Below the pieces are notes generated by a model. The model was not told where the DNA came from. It did not search any database and saw only the letters and a list, made by a program, of their open reading frames with translations. Shown here one piece after another: positions 48,567-58,797 of a DNA stretch of 64,000 bases. A program made the position numbers and the translations under genes. Origin of the DNA: a virus; IMG/VR virus record IMGVR_UViG_3300046514_000687, positions 47,031 through 111,030 of that record, one strand, 5' to 3'. Numbering within the stretch: the first letter of the stretch is position 1; each line of letters begins with the position of its first letter.

Positions 48567-49084
48567 GCAAGCGCCCCGCCATCCCCACCATCGATGAAGT
48601 CGCCGACGTCACCTGCACCATGCTGCGCCAGTGCCACAACTTGGAGCCGATGCTCCACGTTTGCCGCCCCGACCGCGACGAGCTAGTGCTGCTAGCCGAC
48701 CTGCCCGACACCGCCGACGGGCGTGAGGCCGCCGCCGCCGCCGTCGGCGCGACTGTCGGCGTGAGCGGCCCGATCCGGGCGGTCTACCTGATCCTGGAAG
48801 CCTGGGCGGTGGAGAAGACGCAGGAGGAGTACGCCCGTGGCGGCTACGTGCAGCCCCGCCACGACCCCGCACGCCGTGACATCCTGCTGATCTACGGCTG
48901 GTACCCCGACGGCCGCCCCATCGAGCGTCGCCAGTTTGCCGTCGCGAAGGACGGTGACAAGGTGACCGGCCTGACCGAGGAGCGCGCCGCCCGCCGCAGC
49001 CACGAGGCGCACAACACGCTGCTGGACGGCTTCGTCGCCGGCTACCAGGCCGCCCGCGCTGCCAAGCCCGCGCGTGAGAACTGA
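48563..49084 (+). CDS. hypothetical protein
   Basis: LILEAW...PRHDPARRDIL motif. Confidence 0.6.
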   Translation: MSKRPAIPTIDEVADVTCTMLRQCHNLEPMLHVCRPDRDELVLLADLPDTADGREAAAAAVGATVGVSGPIRAVYLILEAWAVEKTQEEYARGGYVQPRHDPARRDILLIYGWYPDGRPIERRQFAVAKDGDKVTGLTEERAARRSHEAHNTLLDGFVAGYQAARAAKPAREN

Positions 49085-49648
49085 GGGAGGCTCCCTGTGG
49101 CCGAGAGCCTGTGGTGCGTCCGCTGCGCGCGGGCTATCATCCCCGAGACGGTCTACCGCGACGCGTCGCAGAACTACCCCTACCACGGCAGCTGCCGCGG
49201 GCGGGTGCTCGACCTGGAGGGCAGCGACGCGCGCCTTCTGCTCGCCACCGTCCACCTGCACGCGCTGGACCGGGCACTAGCCGAGGCGCGCTACCACGCC
49301 GAAGAGCTGCAGGAGCCTGCCATGAACGCTCTGGGGCTGAAGCTGGCGGCCTGTCAGCAGGCTGCCGCGCGCTGGCGCCGCCGCCACGGGCTCGACTGAT
49401 GAGCCGCGGCGTCGCCAACCCGGCGCAGCCCTTCCGCTGGGCGCTCACCGGCCGGCGGCAGACCTGGCACGCGCTGCTGCCTACTACCGCCGGCACCTAT
49501 TATGCCGCGCTCTGCGGCTACCGGCCCGGCACCGGCTGGGGCCCGCTGCTGGCCACGCCCCCGCGCCTGCCCCGCCAGCACGCCTGCCTGACCTGCCGCA
49601 CCTTCGCCCTCCGCCAGGGCAGCCCCGCCTACTGAGAGGAGGCCGCCT

Positions 49649-50707
49649 GTGTCTGCCCGCCTCGCGCTCCGCTGGGTCCAGCCCGCCCACGGGCGCACCC
49701 AGCACCAGGCCTACGCCACCACGACGACCACGCTCTGCGGCCAGCCCATCGCCGCCGACGCCGTCTGGAGCAACCGCGCCCGCGCCCCCTGCGCCGAGTG
49801 TCAGGCCCGCGACCCCGAGCGCGCTAGCTACATCGACTACCTGCTGGAATACATCGAGGGCGCTCGCGCCTGCCGCCCCCGCTACTTCAAGACTCACGAG
49901 CAGGTGGAGACCTCACCGCGCTTCTTCGACCGCGCCGAGCCGCTGCTCGCCGCCGAGCTGACCCACGGCGACATGGAGATCCGCACCGACCTCACGCCCC
50001 GCGACGTGCGCTGGCCGATGGATATGCGCGTGATCACCCGCAGCGACGACGAGGACCTGCCGGACGACGCCCCGCCCGAGGACCACACCGACCTCTGTTT
50101 CCTCCGCTTGCGCGGCCTGGACGCCCGCGCCGCCCGCGGCCGGCTGGGCGTGGCCTTGCCCTACCCCATCGAGTTCACCAGCGCCTTCCCCAAGAGCGGC
50201 GAGTCCTTCCGGATCCTGTTCGGCCTGGCCGCGCCCGGCCACTGGCGCGACGTAGGCCGCCGCGGTGGCGGGATGACCGTCCGTAGCGTCAGTGCCGACG
50301 AGGACCTGATCTACAGCCCGCGCTTCCAGATCTACCTGGGCCTCTGGGCGCTCCGCCCCCGGCAGTGGCGCGTCTACTTCGCCCTCGACGAGCACCCCGG
50401 CATCGAGCTGCCGACGGACCCGGTCGGCGCTCGCGCGGCCTTCCGCCTGCGCGACCTGCCCGCGGGCCAGGGCCGCCGCGCCGCGCTGCGCCACTGGGTC
50501 ACGGAGCACTGGCGCCAGAGCCGCGACGACGCCGCCGAGGAGCGCCTGGTGCGCGAGCACCTGCGCGGCGAGCGCCGCTTCGCCTGGCACGGCCTGCACT
50601 GCGAGATCACCCCGTCGCTCGACGACCAGGCGCGGGCCGCGACCGCCGCGGCCGACCGCGCCACCGCGCGCCGCGACGGCACCGACCGTCGCCCGAGGAG
50701 GCCCTGA
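49649..50707 (+). CDS. hypothetical protein (N-terminal Zn finger, C-terminal HWV..HW/VREHLRG motif)
   Basis: TLCG..CAEC; LRHWVTEHWR..VREHLRG. Confidence 0.6.
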   Translation: MSARLALRWVQPAHGRTQHQAYATTTTTLCGQPIAADAVWSNRARAPCAECQARDPERASYIDYLLEYIEGARACRPRYFKTHEQVETSPRFFDRAEPLLAAELTHGDMEIRTDLTPRDVRWPMDMRVITRSDDEDLPDDAPPEDHTDLCFLRLRGLDARAARGRLGVALPYPIEFTSAFPKSGESFRILFGLAAPGHWRDVGRRGGGMTVRSVSADEDLIYSPRFQIYLGLWALRPRQWRVYFALDEHPGIELPTDPVGARAAFRLRDLPAGQGRRAALRHWVTEHWRQSRDDAAEERLVREHLRGERRFAWHGLHCEITPSLDDQARAATAAADRATARRDGTDRRPRRP

Positions 50708-51378
50708 TGCCCGAGCGCCACAGCAGCCGCGCCCGCCAGGCCGCTCAACACACCATCACCTGCTCGGCCGAGGACGTCGACCCGTCGCACTATTACGTCG
50801 GTCCCGACCTGCCCAGCGACTGGGAGGAGATCTACCAGGCCGCCGAGGACGTGTATGCGTCGGCGATGCGGCACGACCCGCAGCCCCGCCAGCCCGTCAC
50901 GATCTCCTGGGACGCCTTCGCTGCGCTGCGCCGCGCGCTGGGCGAGCTGTGAGTCCCCGCCGGCGCCCCCGCCTGAAGATCCTCGGGTTCCAGCAGACGC
51001 CCGTCTACGGCCCGGCCATCGAGCGCGGCAACGGCACACTCCTGGCAGAGCACGGTCCGCCTACCGGCGAGGTGGTTCTGACCGTCTGGGTCTCGGGCCT
51101 GGCGGTCGACGTGACGGCACTCCAGCACGTGCTCAGCCGCCTCGCCGGCCTGCCCGTCCGATGACTGACGAGGAGCCGCGCCCGCCCCGCCTCTGGCGGC
51201 AGCTCGCTCTGCCGGATGACCCCGCGGACTGGTTCAGCGAGTCGCTGCCGGACTGTTGGCAGTGCGCCGACTGCGGCTATCAGGGTTCCCTGCTGCTCCT
51301 CCAGGCGCACATCGGGTTGATGCCCCGCGGCGCGTGCTACGATAGCGGCTAGCCGCAGCCCGTATCCGGAGGCTCGCG

Positions 51379-51933
51379 ATGGCCGACGCGCCGCCGCTCA
51401 GCGACATCCGCATCGTCGGCTACCGCCTCGTGCCTCCGGACCAGCTTCTGGCTAACCCCGCCAACGCGCGCCGCCACCCGAACGTCCAGCGCGAGTCCGT
51501 GCGCGCCAGCCTGCGCCAGCTCGGCTGGATCGCGCCCGTCCTCCAGTCCGTCCGCAGCGGCGCTCTGCTCGACGGCCACCTGCGCGTGGAGGAGGCCCTC
51601 TCGGCGGCCGTCCCCCTGATCCCCGTCTGCGACGTAGACGTCACGCCGGAGCAGGAGGCGCTCGCCCTCGCCGTCTACGACCCGATCACCAACATGGCCG
51701 CCTACGACGCGGAAGCTACCCAGCACCTGCTGGCCTCGGTCCGCACCGACGAGGCGGCCCTGCAAGATATTCTCCTCGACCTGGCCCAGCGGGCGACACC
51801 GTCCGCGCGCCCGCCCAAGCCGGTTGTCACGCACTGGAGCGTGATCGTGGACTGCGCCGACGAGACCGGCCAGCGGACACTGCTGCGCCGCCTGGCCCAG
51901 GAGGGACTGCGATGTCGAGCCCTGAACAGCTAG
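51379..51933 (+). CDS. ParB-like nuclease domain protein
   Basis: LLANPANARRHP...SLRQLGW...LLDGHLR. Confidence 0.8.
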   Translation: MADAPPLSDIRIVGYRLVPPDQLLANPANARRHPNVQRESVRASLRQLGWIAPVLQSVRSGALLDGHLRVEEALSAAVPLIPVCDVDVTPEQEALALAVYDPITNMAAYDAEATQHLLASVRTDEAALQDILLDLAQRATPSARPPKPVVTHWSVIVDCADETGQRTLLRRLAQEGLRCRALNS

Positions 51934-52658
51934 CTGACGATGTGCTGCGCGGCGAGGACCTGAGCCATACCTGGGTCGCCGACGGAGAAGACGCCACCGA
52001 GGACGCCGCCGCGCTTCCGCTGGAGTGGGTCGCCGTCGCTGCCCTCCAGGACCACCCCCAGAACTACCGCCGCCACCCGCCCGACCAGATCGCCCACATC
52101 AAGGAGTCCCTGCGCCTGCACGGCCTCTACCGGAATATCGTCGTCGCCGAGGACGACACTATTCTGGCCGGCCACGGCGTCGTCCGCGCCATCCGCGAGC
52201 TGGGCTGGGCGCGCGTGCCCGTCGTCCGCCGCGCCCTCCCGCCCGACCACCCCCTCGCCCTCAAGCTGCTCGCCGGCGACAACGAGATCAGCCACCTCGC
52301 CGAGGTCGAGGACCGCAAGCTGACCGAGATGCTTCGCGGTCTCAAGGAGGCCGAGGGCGTGGGCCTGCTGGGCACCGGCTACGACGAGATGATGCTTGCC
52401 AACCTGTTGTTCGTCACTCGCCCGGAGAGCGAGATCGCCGACCGCGACGAGGCCGCCCACTGGGTCGGCATGCCGGAGTACGAGCCGGGCGAGCGCCCGC
52501 CCCAGCTTATGATCAGCTTCGCTACTGAAGCCGAGAAGATCGCCTTCCTCGTGCAGATCGGCGTGACGAACTACCGCGGCCGCGGCGGGCGTGTCTGGAC
52601 CTGCTGGTACCCCGACCGTGCCCAGGACGACACGTCGTCGCTTGAGTTCGTGGGGTGA
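51912..52658 (+). CDS. ParB-like nuclease domain protein
   Basis: HPQNYRRHP...SLRLHG..NIVV..TILAGHG...DN. Confidence 0.8.
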   Translation: MSSPEQLADDVLRGEDLSHTWVADGEDATEDAAALPLEWVAVAALQDHPQNYRRHPPDQIAHIKESLRLHGLYRNIVVAEDDTILAGHGVVRAIRELGWARVPVVRRALPPDHPLALKLLAGDNEISHLAEVEDRKLTEMLRGLKEAEGVGLLGTGYDEMMLANLLFVTRPESEIADRDEAAHWVGMPEYEPGERPPQLMISFATEAEKIAFLVQIGVTNYRGRGGRVWTCWYPDRAQDDTSSLEFVG

Positions 52659-53545
52659 CCGCCGTGGCGCTGCCGGTGCTGCGGCGCGACGTGTCGCGGC
52701 GACCCGCCGCGGAAGCGAGCGTCCTCGACCTCGGGCTCCGCGCTGCCTGGCTGCGCTTCTTGCGGAGCTGCGCGGATCTGGGCACCGTCGACTGCCAGAT
52801 CGTCGCAGCCAGCGCGCGGGAGGCCGTCGCGCGCATCCGCCACCGCGCGCCCTCCGCGTTACTGCCCGGCCCGAGCCGGCAGTTGGAGGCCGTCTGGTAC
52901 GCCAGCATTGCGGCCGGGACGCCCGATTACGGCGTCTATGTCACCGACGCCTACCTGGGCGACCTCTGGGCCTGCTGGGCCTGCGGCTCGCGGGGCTACC
53001 TGCGCGAGCTGGCCGCACCGCGCGGGCTGCCGCCGGCGGGGTTCCGTCACCACCTCGGGCCCGCCCGCGTCATCGTAGACCTCGGGTGCGGCACGGGCCT
53101 GACCACGGCCGCTCTCTACGAGCTGTTTCCCGCTAGCGTCGTCGTCGGGACGAACCTGCCCGGTACCGTCCAGTGGGCGCTCGCTGCGCAGGCCGCCGCG
53201 CAGTACGGGTTTCGGCTGGCGGCCACTCTCGAGACCTGCCCCGCGCCGGCGGACCTGGTGTTCGCTTCCGAGTACTTCGAGCACTGGGAAGCTCCGCTGG
53301 ACCACCTGGCAGACGTGCTCGCGACGTTGCGCCCGCGCGCCCTGCTGACCGCTAACACGTTTCAGAGCCCCGGCATCGGCCACTTTCCCCGCTATCGCGT
53401 GGCCGGCGTCGCGGCATCCGGCCGCGCGACGGCGATCGCCTTCGCCGCGCACCTGCGCGCCGCCGGCTACACGCGCGTGCCGACCCGGTTCTGGAACCAG
53501 CGCCCGACGTACTGGCGCCGCTCTCTCGCGCCCGAGGAGTCTTGA
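52655..53545 (+). CDS. class I SAM-dependent methyltransferase
   Basis: IVDLGCGTG; DLVFASEYFEH. Confidence 0.8.
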   Translation: MTAVALPVLRRDVSRRPAAEASVLDLGLRAAWLRFLRSCADLGTVDCQIVAASAREAVARIRHRAPSALLPGPSRQLEAVWYASIAAGTPDYGVYVTDAYLGDLWACWACGSRGYLRELAAPRGLPPAGFRHHLGPARVIVDLGCGTGLTTAALYELFPASVVVGTNLPGTVQWALAAQAAAQYGFRLAATLETCPAPADLVFASEYFEHWEAPLDHLADVLATLRPRALLTANTFQSPGIGHFPRYRVAGVAASGRATAIAFAAHLRAAGYTRVPTRFWNQRPTYWRRSLAPEES

Positions 53546-55270
53546 GTGGAAGCGCCGACCCTGCCCCGCTACCCCGTCTACATCCCGTCGGTCGGCCGCG
53601 CCGCGGCGGACATGAGCCTCACGGCTAACTGCCTGACCCGCGACAGCATCCCCTTCTTCCTGGTGGTCCATCCGGAGGAGGCTGACGCCTACGCAGCGCG
53701 GTTCGCCCGCGCGCAGATCCTGGAACTGCCCTTCCCCAAGTGCGGCTACGCCGTGCCCGCGCGCAACTGGATCAAGGCCCACTCGCTCGCAAACGGCGAC
53801 GCGCGTCACTGGCAGCTCGATGACAACATGCGAATGTTCCGCCGCCGCTACCGCGGCAAGCGCATCCCCGTCAAGGCGGGCATCGCCCTGCGCGCTACCG
53901 AAGACTTCGTCGACCGCTACACCAACGTCGCCCTGGCCGCCATCCAGTACACGATGTTCGTGATCGCCAAGATGCCGGCCTTCTACGTCAATGCCCACGT
54001 CTACTCCTGCGTCGCCCCCGAGACGCCCGTCCTCTGCGCGGATCTGGTCTGGCGCGCGGCCGGGGAGCTGGCGGTGGGGCAGGAGATCGTGGCCTTCGAC
54101 GCGGAGCCCGCCCCGGCCGGTCGGGGCGTCAACGCGCGCAGCTACCGCACCGCGACGGTCCAGGCGAACCTGCCCGCGACGAAGCCCTCGTATCGCCTGT
54201 GGACCGATGACGGTCCGCCGATCCAGGCTAGCGCCGAACACCCGTGGCTCGTCTGGCGCGCTCCGTTGCGCCAGCGCCACTGGGGCGATGGGATGCCGGG
54301 AGACCCGCACGGGCGCGAGGAGCTGGGCTGGGTGCCGACCGCTGACCTGCGTGTCGGCGACCGCCTTGCCTTCCTCGGTGCGCCCTGGGAGCGGGACGAG
54401 TCTCACGAGGCTGGCTGGATCAGCGGGCTGTACGACGGCGAGGGCTCCTGCACGGTGCGCCAGCCGCCGGACGGGCGCGGCATCCAGCTCGGCATCGCGC
54501 AGGGCGACGGCCCGGTCCTCGACCGCCTGGTGACCGGACTGCGCGCGCGCGGGTATGGCGTCGGCGTCTCTGGCGCGGGCGGGTCGGGCTCGCAGGTCGT
54601 ACGGACCGCGCGAATCGGCGACGGGTTCCGGGGCGCGCTCCGCTTTGCGGGCGAGTTCGGCCCGACTCGCCTGCTGGCCAAGGCTGCCCAGCTCTGGGAG
54701 GGGCGCGGCGTTCGCCAGGGCCAGTCGTACTCGCTGGCGACGATTACCGAGATCGTGCCGCTGGGCGACCAGCTCGTCGCCTCGATCCAGACCTCGACGG
54801 GGACATTCATTACAGCCGGCTACCTCACTCACAACTGCACGCTGGTCAACAACAGCATCCCCCACGCCTGGCGCGGGCGCTATAACGACGACACGGACAT
54901 CACGCTCCAGGTGCTCGCGGACGGCTGGTGCACCGTCGTGCTGAACGCCTTCATGGTCGACAAGATGCGGACGCTGACGATGAAAGGCGGCATGAACGGG
55001 GTCTACCAGGGCGACGGCCGCCTGGAGATGGCGCGCTCTCTGGAGCGCGTCTGGCCGGGGGTGGTGACCACGATCCGCCGCTTCAAGCGCCCGCAGCACT
55101 GGATCCGGAATCAGTGGCAGCACTTCGACACGCCGCTCCAGTACCGCCCGGACTTCGATCCCACCGCGCTGCCGAAGGTCGACGAGCTGGGGATGGAGCT
55201 GCGCGCCGTCCGCGAGGTGCAGAGCGCCCGCCTGCGCGGGCTGCTGGCCGACCGCGAGCCGCCCTCGTGA
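53546..55270 (+). CDS. TET-associated (TAGT/GREB1-like) glycosyltransferase containing an intein
   Basis: YPVYIPSVGR, ARNWI, HWQLDDN, WRGRYNDDTD, MKGG; intein 54008-54835. Confidence 0.8.
   Translation: MEAPTLPRYPVYIPSVGRAAADMSLTANCLTRDSIPFFLVVHPEEADAYAARFARAQILELPFPKCGYAVPARNWIKAHSLANGDARHWQLDDNMRMFRRRYRGKRIPVKAGIALRATEDFVDRYTNVALAAIQYTMFVIAKMPAFYVNAHVYSCVAPETPVLCADLVWRAAGELAVGQEIVAFDAEPAPAGRGVNARSYRTATVQANLPATKPSYRLWTDDGPPIQASAEHPWLVWRAPLRQRHWGDGMPGDPHGREELGWVPTADLRVGDRLAFLGAPWERDESHEAGWISGLYDGEGSCTVRQPPDGRGIQLGIAQGDGPVLDRLVTGLRARGYGVGVSGAGGSGSQVVRTARIGDGFRGALRFAGEFGPTRLLAKAAQLWEGRGVRQGQSYSLATITEIVPLGDQLVASIQTSTGTFITAGYLTHNCTLVNNSIPHAWRGRYNDDTDITLQVLADGWCTVVLNAFMVDKMRTLTMKGGMNGVYQGDGRLEMARSLERVWPGVVTTIRRFKRPQHWIRNQWQHFDTPLQYRPDFDPTALPKVDELGMELRAVREVQSARLRGLLADREPPS
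54008..54835 (+). mobile_element. intein (276 aa) with LAGLIDADG-like core
   Basis: VYS|CVAPETPV...SAEHPWL...WISGLYDGEG...YLTHN|CTLV. Confidence 0.9.
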
Positions 55271-56037
55271 CCGCTGCCCTCCGCTACCCCATCTACATTC
55301 CGAGCAAGGAACGCGCGGGTGTGGCTCCCCTGCCCGACCTGCTCGCTGCCGCCGGCGTGCCCTACCGCCTGGCCGTGGACCCGCCGGACGTCGAGGCTTA
55401 CACGGCCCGCTACGGCGCCGCGGCGGTGTTTCCGCTCCCCCCAGCCGGCGTCGGCTCCATCTTTGCCGCGCGCGACGCGATCCGGGCCGATGCGGCGGCC
55501 GGGCCGGCCACTCGCCACTGGCAGCTCGACGACGATATCCGCCAGTTCCTCGCCTGGACCGACGGCCGGCGGCAGCCCTGCGACCCCATCTACGCGCTCG
55601 GCGCCGTCGAGGCGTTCGCGGACCGCCACACCAATATCGGAGTGGCCGGCCCGGCGTTCAGCCTGTGGGCCTTCCGCCCCCGCCACGCGCTCCGCGTCAA
55701 CGGCCCCGTCGTCTGCGCGCTGTTGATTGACAACGCGCTCCCCTGCCGCTTCCGCGGCCCCTGCTCCGAGGACCTGGACTTCAACCTCCAGGCTCTTGCC
55801 GCCGGCCACTGCACCGTCGTTCTCCAGACTGTCCAGTTCGTCATCGTGGGGACCATGACCCAGCCTGGCGGTATGCGCCCCGTCTACAGCCGGAGCGACG
55901 GCCGCTTGCGCCTCGTGCGGGATCTAGAGCGCCGCTGGCCCGGCGTCGTGACGACGCGCCGCGTCTACGGCGAGCCGCGGCCCCATATCGCCTGGCGGAA
56001 GTTCGACACGCCGCTACGCCCCTGCTCGGACGCCTAG
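55267..56037 (+). CDS. second TAGT/GREB1-like glycosyltransferase (paralog)
   Basis: YPIYIPSKER, HWQLDDD, EDLD, PGG. Confidence 0.8.
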   Translation: MTAALRYPIYIPSKERAGVAPLPDLLAAAGVPYRLAVDPPDVEAYTARYGAAAVFPLPPAGVGSIFAARDAIRADAAAGPATRHWQLDDDIRQFLAWTDGRRQPCDPIYALGAVEAFADRHTNIGVAGPAFSLWAFRPRHALRVNGPVVCALLIDNALPCRFRGPCSEDLDFNLQALAAGHCTVVLQTVQFVIVGTMTQPGGMRPVYSRSDGRLRLVRDLERRWPGVVTTRRVYGEPRPHIAWRKFDTPLRPCSDA

Positions 56038-56115
56038 GCGTCACGCGCCTCGTTGCCAGCGGCGCTATGGTATGATAACCCGCAAGCCCGCGCCTAGCCG
56101 CGCCCCGGAGGCCGC

Positions 56116-56580
56116 GTGAGCGTCGATACTGCTCCCCACTCCCTACACGCAGAAAAAGCGCCCGAGCAGTCGCCTCAGGATCAGTACACCATCCAGCAGT
56201 GCGGTGAGGCCCTCACCGACTCGCTCGGCAACGTCGCCGCCGCCGCCCGCGCCCTCCACTGCGACCGCTCCACCCTCTACGACTACATCCACCGCTACCC
56301 CGCTCTCGCCCGCATCACTACCGACGCCCGCGAGGCCCTCATCGACCACGCCGAGTCCGCCCTGCGCGCCGCCGTCCTGGAGAAGCAGGGCTGGGCCGTG
56401 TGTTTTACGCTGAAGACGCTCGGCCGCGACCGCGGCTACATCGAGCGCGTCGAGCAGGCCCACACCGGCCCCACCGGCAGCGGCCCCGTGGAGTTCACGA
56501 TCAACCTCGCCGGCCCCCGCTCGGCGGCCCTGCGCGCCGCCCACGCGGACGACCCCCGCGAGCTGCCGCCGGAGGCGTAA
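56116..56580 (+). CDS. terminase small subunit (HTH)
   Basis: GNVAAAARALHCDRSTLY...FTLKTLGRDRGYIER; immediately upstream of TerL. Confidence 0.8.
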   Translation: MSVDTAPHSLHAEKAPEQSPQDQYTIQQCGEALTDSLGNVAAAARALHCDRSTLYDYIHRYPALARITTDAREALIDHAESALRAAVLEKQGWAVCFTLKTLGRDRGYIERVEQAHTGPTGSGPVEFTINLAGPRSAALRAAHADDPRELPPEA

Positions 56581-56583
56581 GCC

Positions 56584-58797
56584 GTGGTCCTCACCGCCCC
56601 GCCGTCGGACGACCCGCTCCGCTTCGCCTACCAGCGCCCCTGGGTCTACCCCAAGCAGGAACTAGCGATCTGGAGCGAGGCCCGCTACGCCTGCATCGAG
56701 GCCTCGACTAAAAGCGGCAAGGCCCAGCCCCTCGATGCGGCGGTCTGGACCCCGGACGGCCCGCGTCCGATGGGGACTATGGTGCTAGGCCAGCGTGTCC
56801 TGACCCCTACCGGCCAGGCCACGCTAGTCGGTATCTACCCGCAGGGGGACCGCGCGATCTACCGCGTCAGCTTCTCTAACGGCGCGGCTACCGAGTGCAC
56901 GGACGATCACCTCTGGGAGGTCCACGGCCTGCGCCCCGGCCAGCCCGCCGTGCTGACGACTGCTCAGCTCCGGGCGATTCCCGCGCGCCGGCGTCGGAAG
57001 CTCTGGGTACCCGTAGCAGAGCCGGTGGAGATGACGCCGCGCCCCGTGCCGATGGACCCCTACTTGCTCGGGGTCCTGCTCGGGGACGGTGGCCTGACCA
57101 CCGATACTATCCGGTTTGCTACCACGGACCCCGAGATCGTGGACTCTGTCGCGGCTGCTACGGAGCCCTGGTATGAGGTGCGGCACGACGACCGCTGCAA
57201 CTACCGGGTCGCCACCCGCGTTTCCTACCAGCGCATCCCCCGCGCCGAGCGCCTAGGGGCGGTCCTCCGCGACCTCGACGTGTGGGGCCGCTACGCGCAC
57301 GAGAAGCACGTCCCCGCGCTCTACCGCTACAACAGCACGGACGTGCGCCTCGCAGTTCTGCAGGGGCTCCTCGATACCGATGGCTGGGTCGACGCGCGCG
57401 GCCAGCCCGAGTTCAGCACCAGCTCGCCTACGCTGGCGACCCACGTAGTCGAGCTAGTCGAGAGCCTGGGGGGCCTCGCGCGCATCCGTGAGCAGCCGAC
57501 CCCCGGCCGCTTAGCCCATCGCGTCCGCGTCACCCACCCCGACGCACCGTCCCTCTTCCGCCTGGCCCGGAAGCGCGCGCGCGCGCGCCCGAAGGTCAAG
57601 CACATGCGCCGCACCATCCGGGCGATCACCCTGGTCGCCACGCGCCCGGCGCAGTGCATCCAGCTCGACGATCCCCGCGGCCTCTACCTGACCGACCGCT
57701 TTATCGCTACCCATAACACCGTCGGCTGCCTCCTCTGGTTCGCCGAGCAGGCCATGCAGGGCGGCCCCGGCCGCAACTACTGGTGGGTCGCTCCCATCTT
57801 CGCCCAGTCGAAGATCGCCTACCGCCGCCTGAAGTTCGGCCTGCCCGCCGACCTCTACCACGCCAACGACGGCGAGATGACGCTCACCCTGCCGAACGGC
57901 GCCGTCCTCTGGTTCAAGAGCGGTGAGAAACCAGACTCGCTATATGGCGAGGACGTGTATGCCGCCGTCATAGATGAAGCGTCGCGCGTCCGGGAAGAGT
58001 CCTGGCACGCGGTCCGTTCCACCCTTACCGCTACTCAGGGGCCCATCCGCATCATCGGCAACGTGAAGGGCCGCAAGAACTGGGCGTTTCGCCTCGCCCG
58101 CCGCGCCGAGGCCGGCGAGCAGAACATGTCCTACCAGAAGATCACTGCTCACGACGCCGCCGCGGCTGGCGTGCTGGATCCCGAGGAGGTGGCCGACGCC
58201 GAGCGCCTGCTGCCCCCGGACGTCTACAAGGAGCTGTACCTGGCCGAGGCCAGCGAGGACCAGGGCAACCCCTTCGGCTATGCCGCCATCGCCGCCTGCG
58301 TCGGCCCGCTCAGCAGTGCGCTCCCCGTCGTCTGGGGCTGGGACGTGGCCCGCAGCCACGACTTCACCGTCGGCATCGCGCTCGACGCGGAGGGCGCCGT
58401 CTGCCACTTCGAGCGCTTCCAGATGCCCTGGCCCGAGACGATCGACACCATCGAGCGCGTCACCCAGGACGTGCCCGCCTGGGTCGACGCCACCGGCATC
58501 GGCGATGCCCCGACGCAGGAGCTACAGCGCCGCCGCAGCAACTTCAACGCCTTCCTCTTCACCGGCTCCAGCAAGCAGGCGCTGATGGAGGGGCTCGCTA
58601 TCGCCATCCAGAGTCGTCGCGTCCGCTACCCCGCGGGCCAGATCAAGACCGAGCTGGACGACTTCGAGTACGTCTATACCCGCACCGGAGTCCGCTACTC
58701 CGCGCCAGAGGGCGCGTTCGACGACGCGGTGTGTGCCCTGGCCTTAGCCAACCTTCATCGGCAACAGGCCCTGGAGGGCGGCTGGAGGCTGCTGTGA
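56584..58797 (+). CDS. terminase large subunit containing an intein
   Basis: Walker A STKSGK|T, Walker B VIDEA, GWDVARSHDFT, DATGIGD, DDAVCALAL. Confidence 0.93.
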   Translation: MVLTAPPSDDPLRFAYQRPWVYPKQELAIWSEARYACIEASTKSGKAQPLDAAVWTPDGPRPMGTMVLGQRVLTPTGQATLVGIYPQGDRAIYRVSFSNGAATECTDDHLWEVHGLRPGQPAVLTTAQLRAIPARRRRKLWVPVAEPVEMTPRPVPMDPYLLGVLLGDGGLTTDTIRFATTDPEIVDSVAAATEPWYEVRHDDRCNYRVATRVSYQRIPRAERLGAVLRDLDVWGRYAHEKHVPALYRYNSTDVRLAVLQGLLDTDGWVDARGQPEFSTSSPTLATHVVELVESLGGLARIREQPTPGRLAHRVRVTHPDAPSLFRLARKRARARPKVKHMRRTIRAITLVATRPAQCIQLDDPRGLYLTDRFIATHNTVGCLLWFAEQAMQGGPGRNYWWVAPIFAQSKIAYRRLKFGLPADLYHANDGEMTLTLPNGAVLWFKSGEKPDSLYGEDVYAAVIDEASRVREESWHAVRSTLTATQGPIRIIGNVKGRKNWAFRLARRAEAGEQNMSYQKITAHDAAAAGVLDPEEVADAERLLPPDVYKELYLAEASEDQGNPFGYAAIAACVGPLSSALPVVWGWDVARSHDFTVGIALDAEGAVCHFERFQMPWPETIDTIERVTQDVPAWVDATGIGDAPTQELQRRRSNFNAFLFTGSSKQALMEGLAIAIQSRRVRYPAGQIKTELDDFEYVYTRTGVRYSAPEGAFDDAVCALALANLHRQQALEGGWRLL
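56722..57717 (+). mobile_element. class 3 intein (332 aa, Ala1) with LAGLIDADG endonuclease, inserted in TerL Walker A
   Basis: GK|AQPLDA...HLW...LLGDGG...GLLDTDG...QCI...ATHN|T; W-C-T triad. Confidence 0.9.

Noticed and set aside
52859-55123. 754-aa minus-strand ORF
   Set aside because: Antisense shadow of the methyltransferase and glycosyltransferase genes
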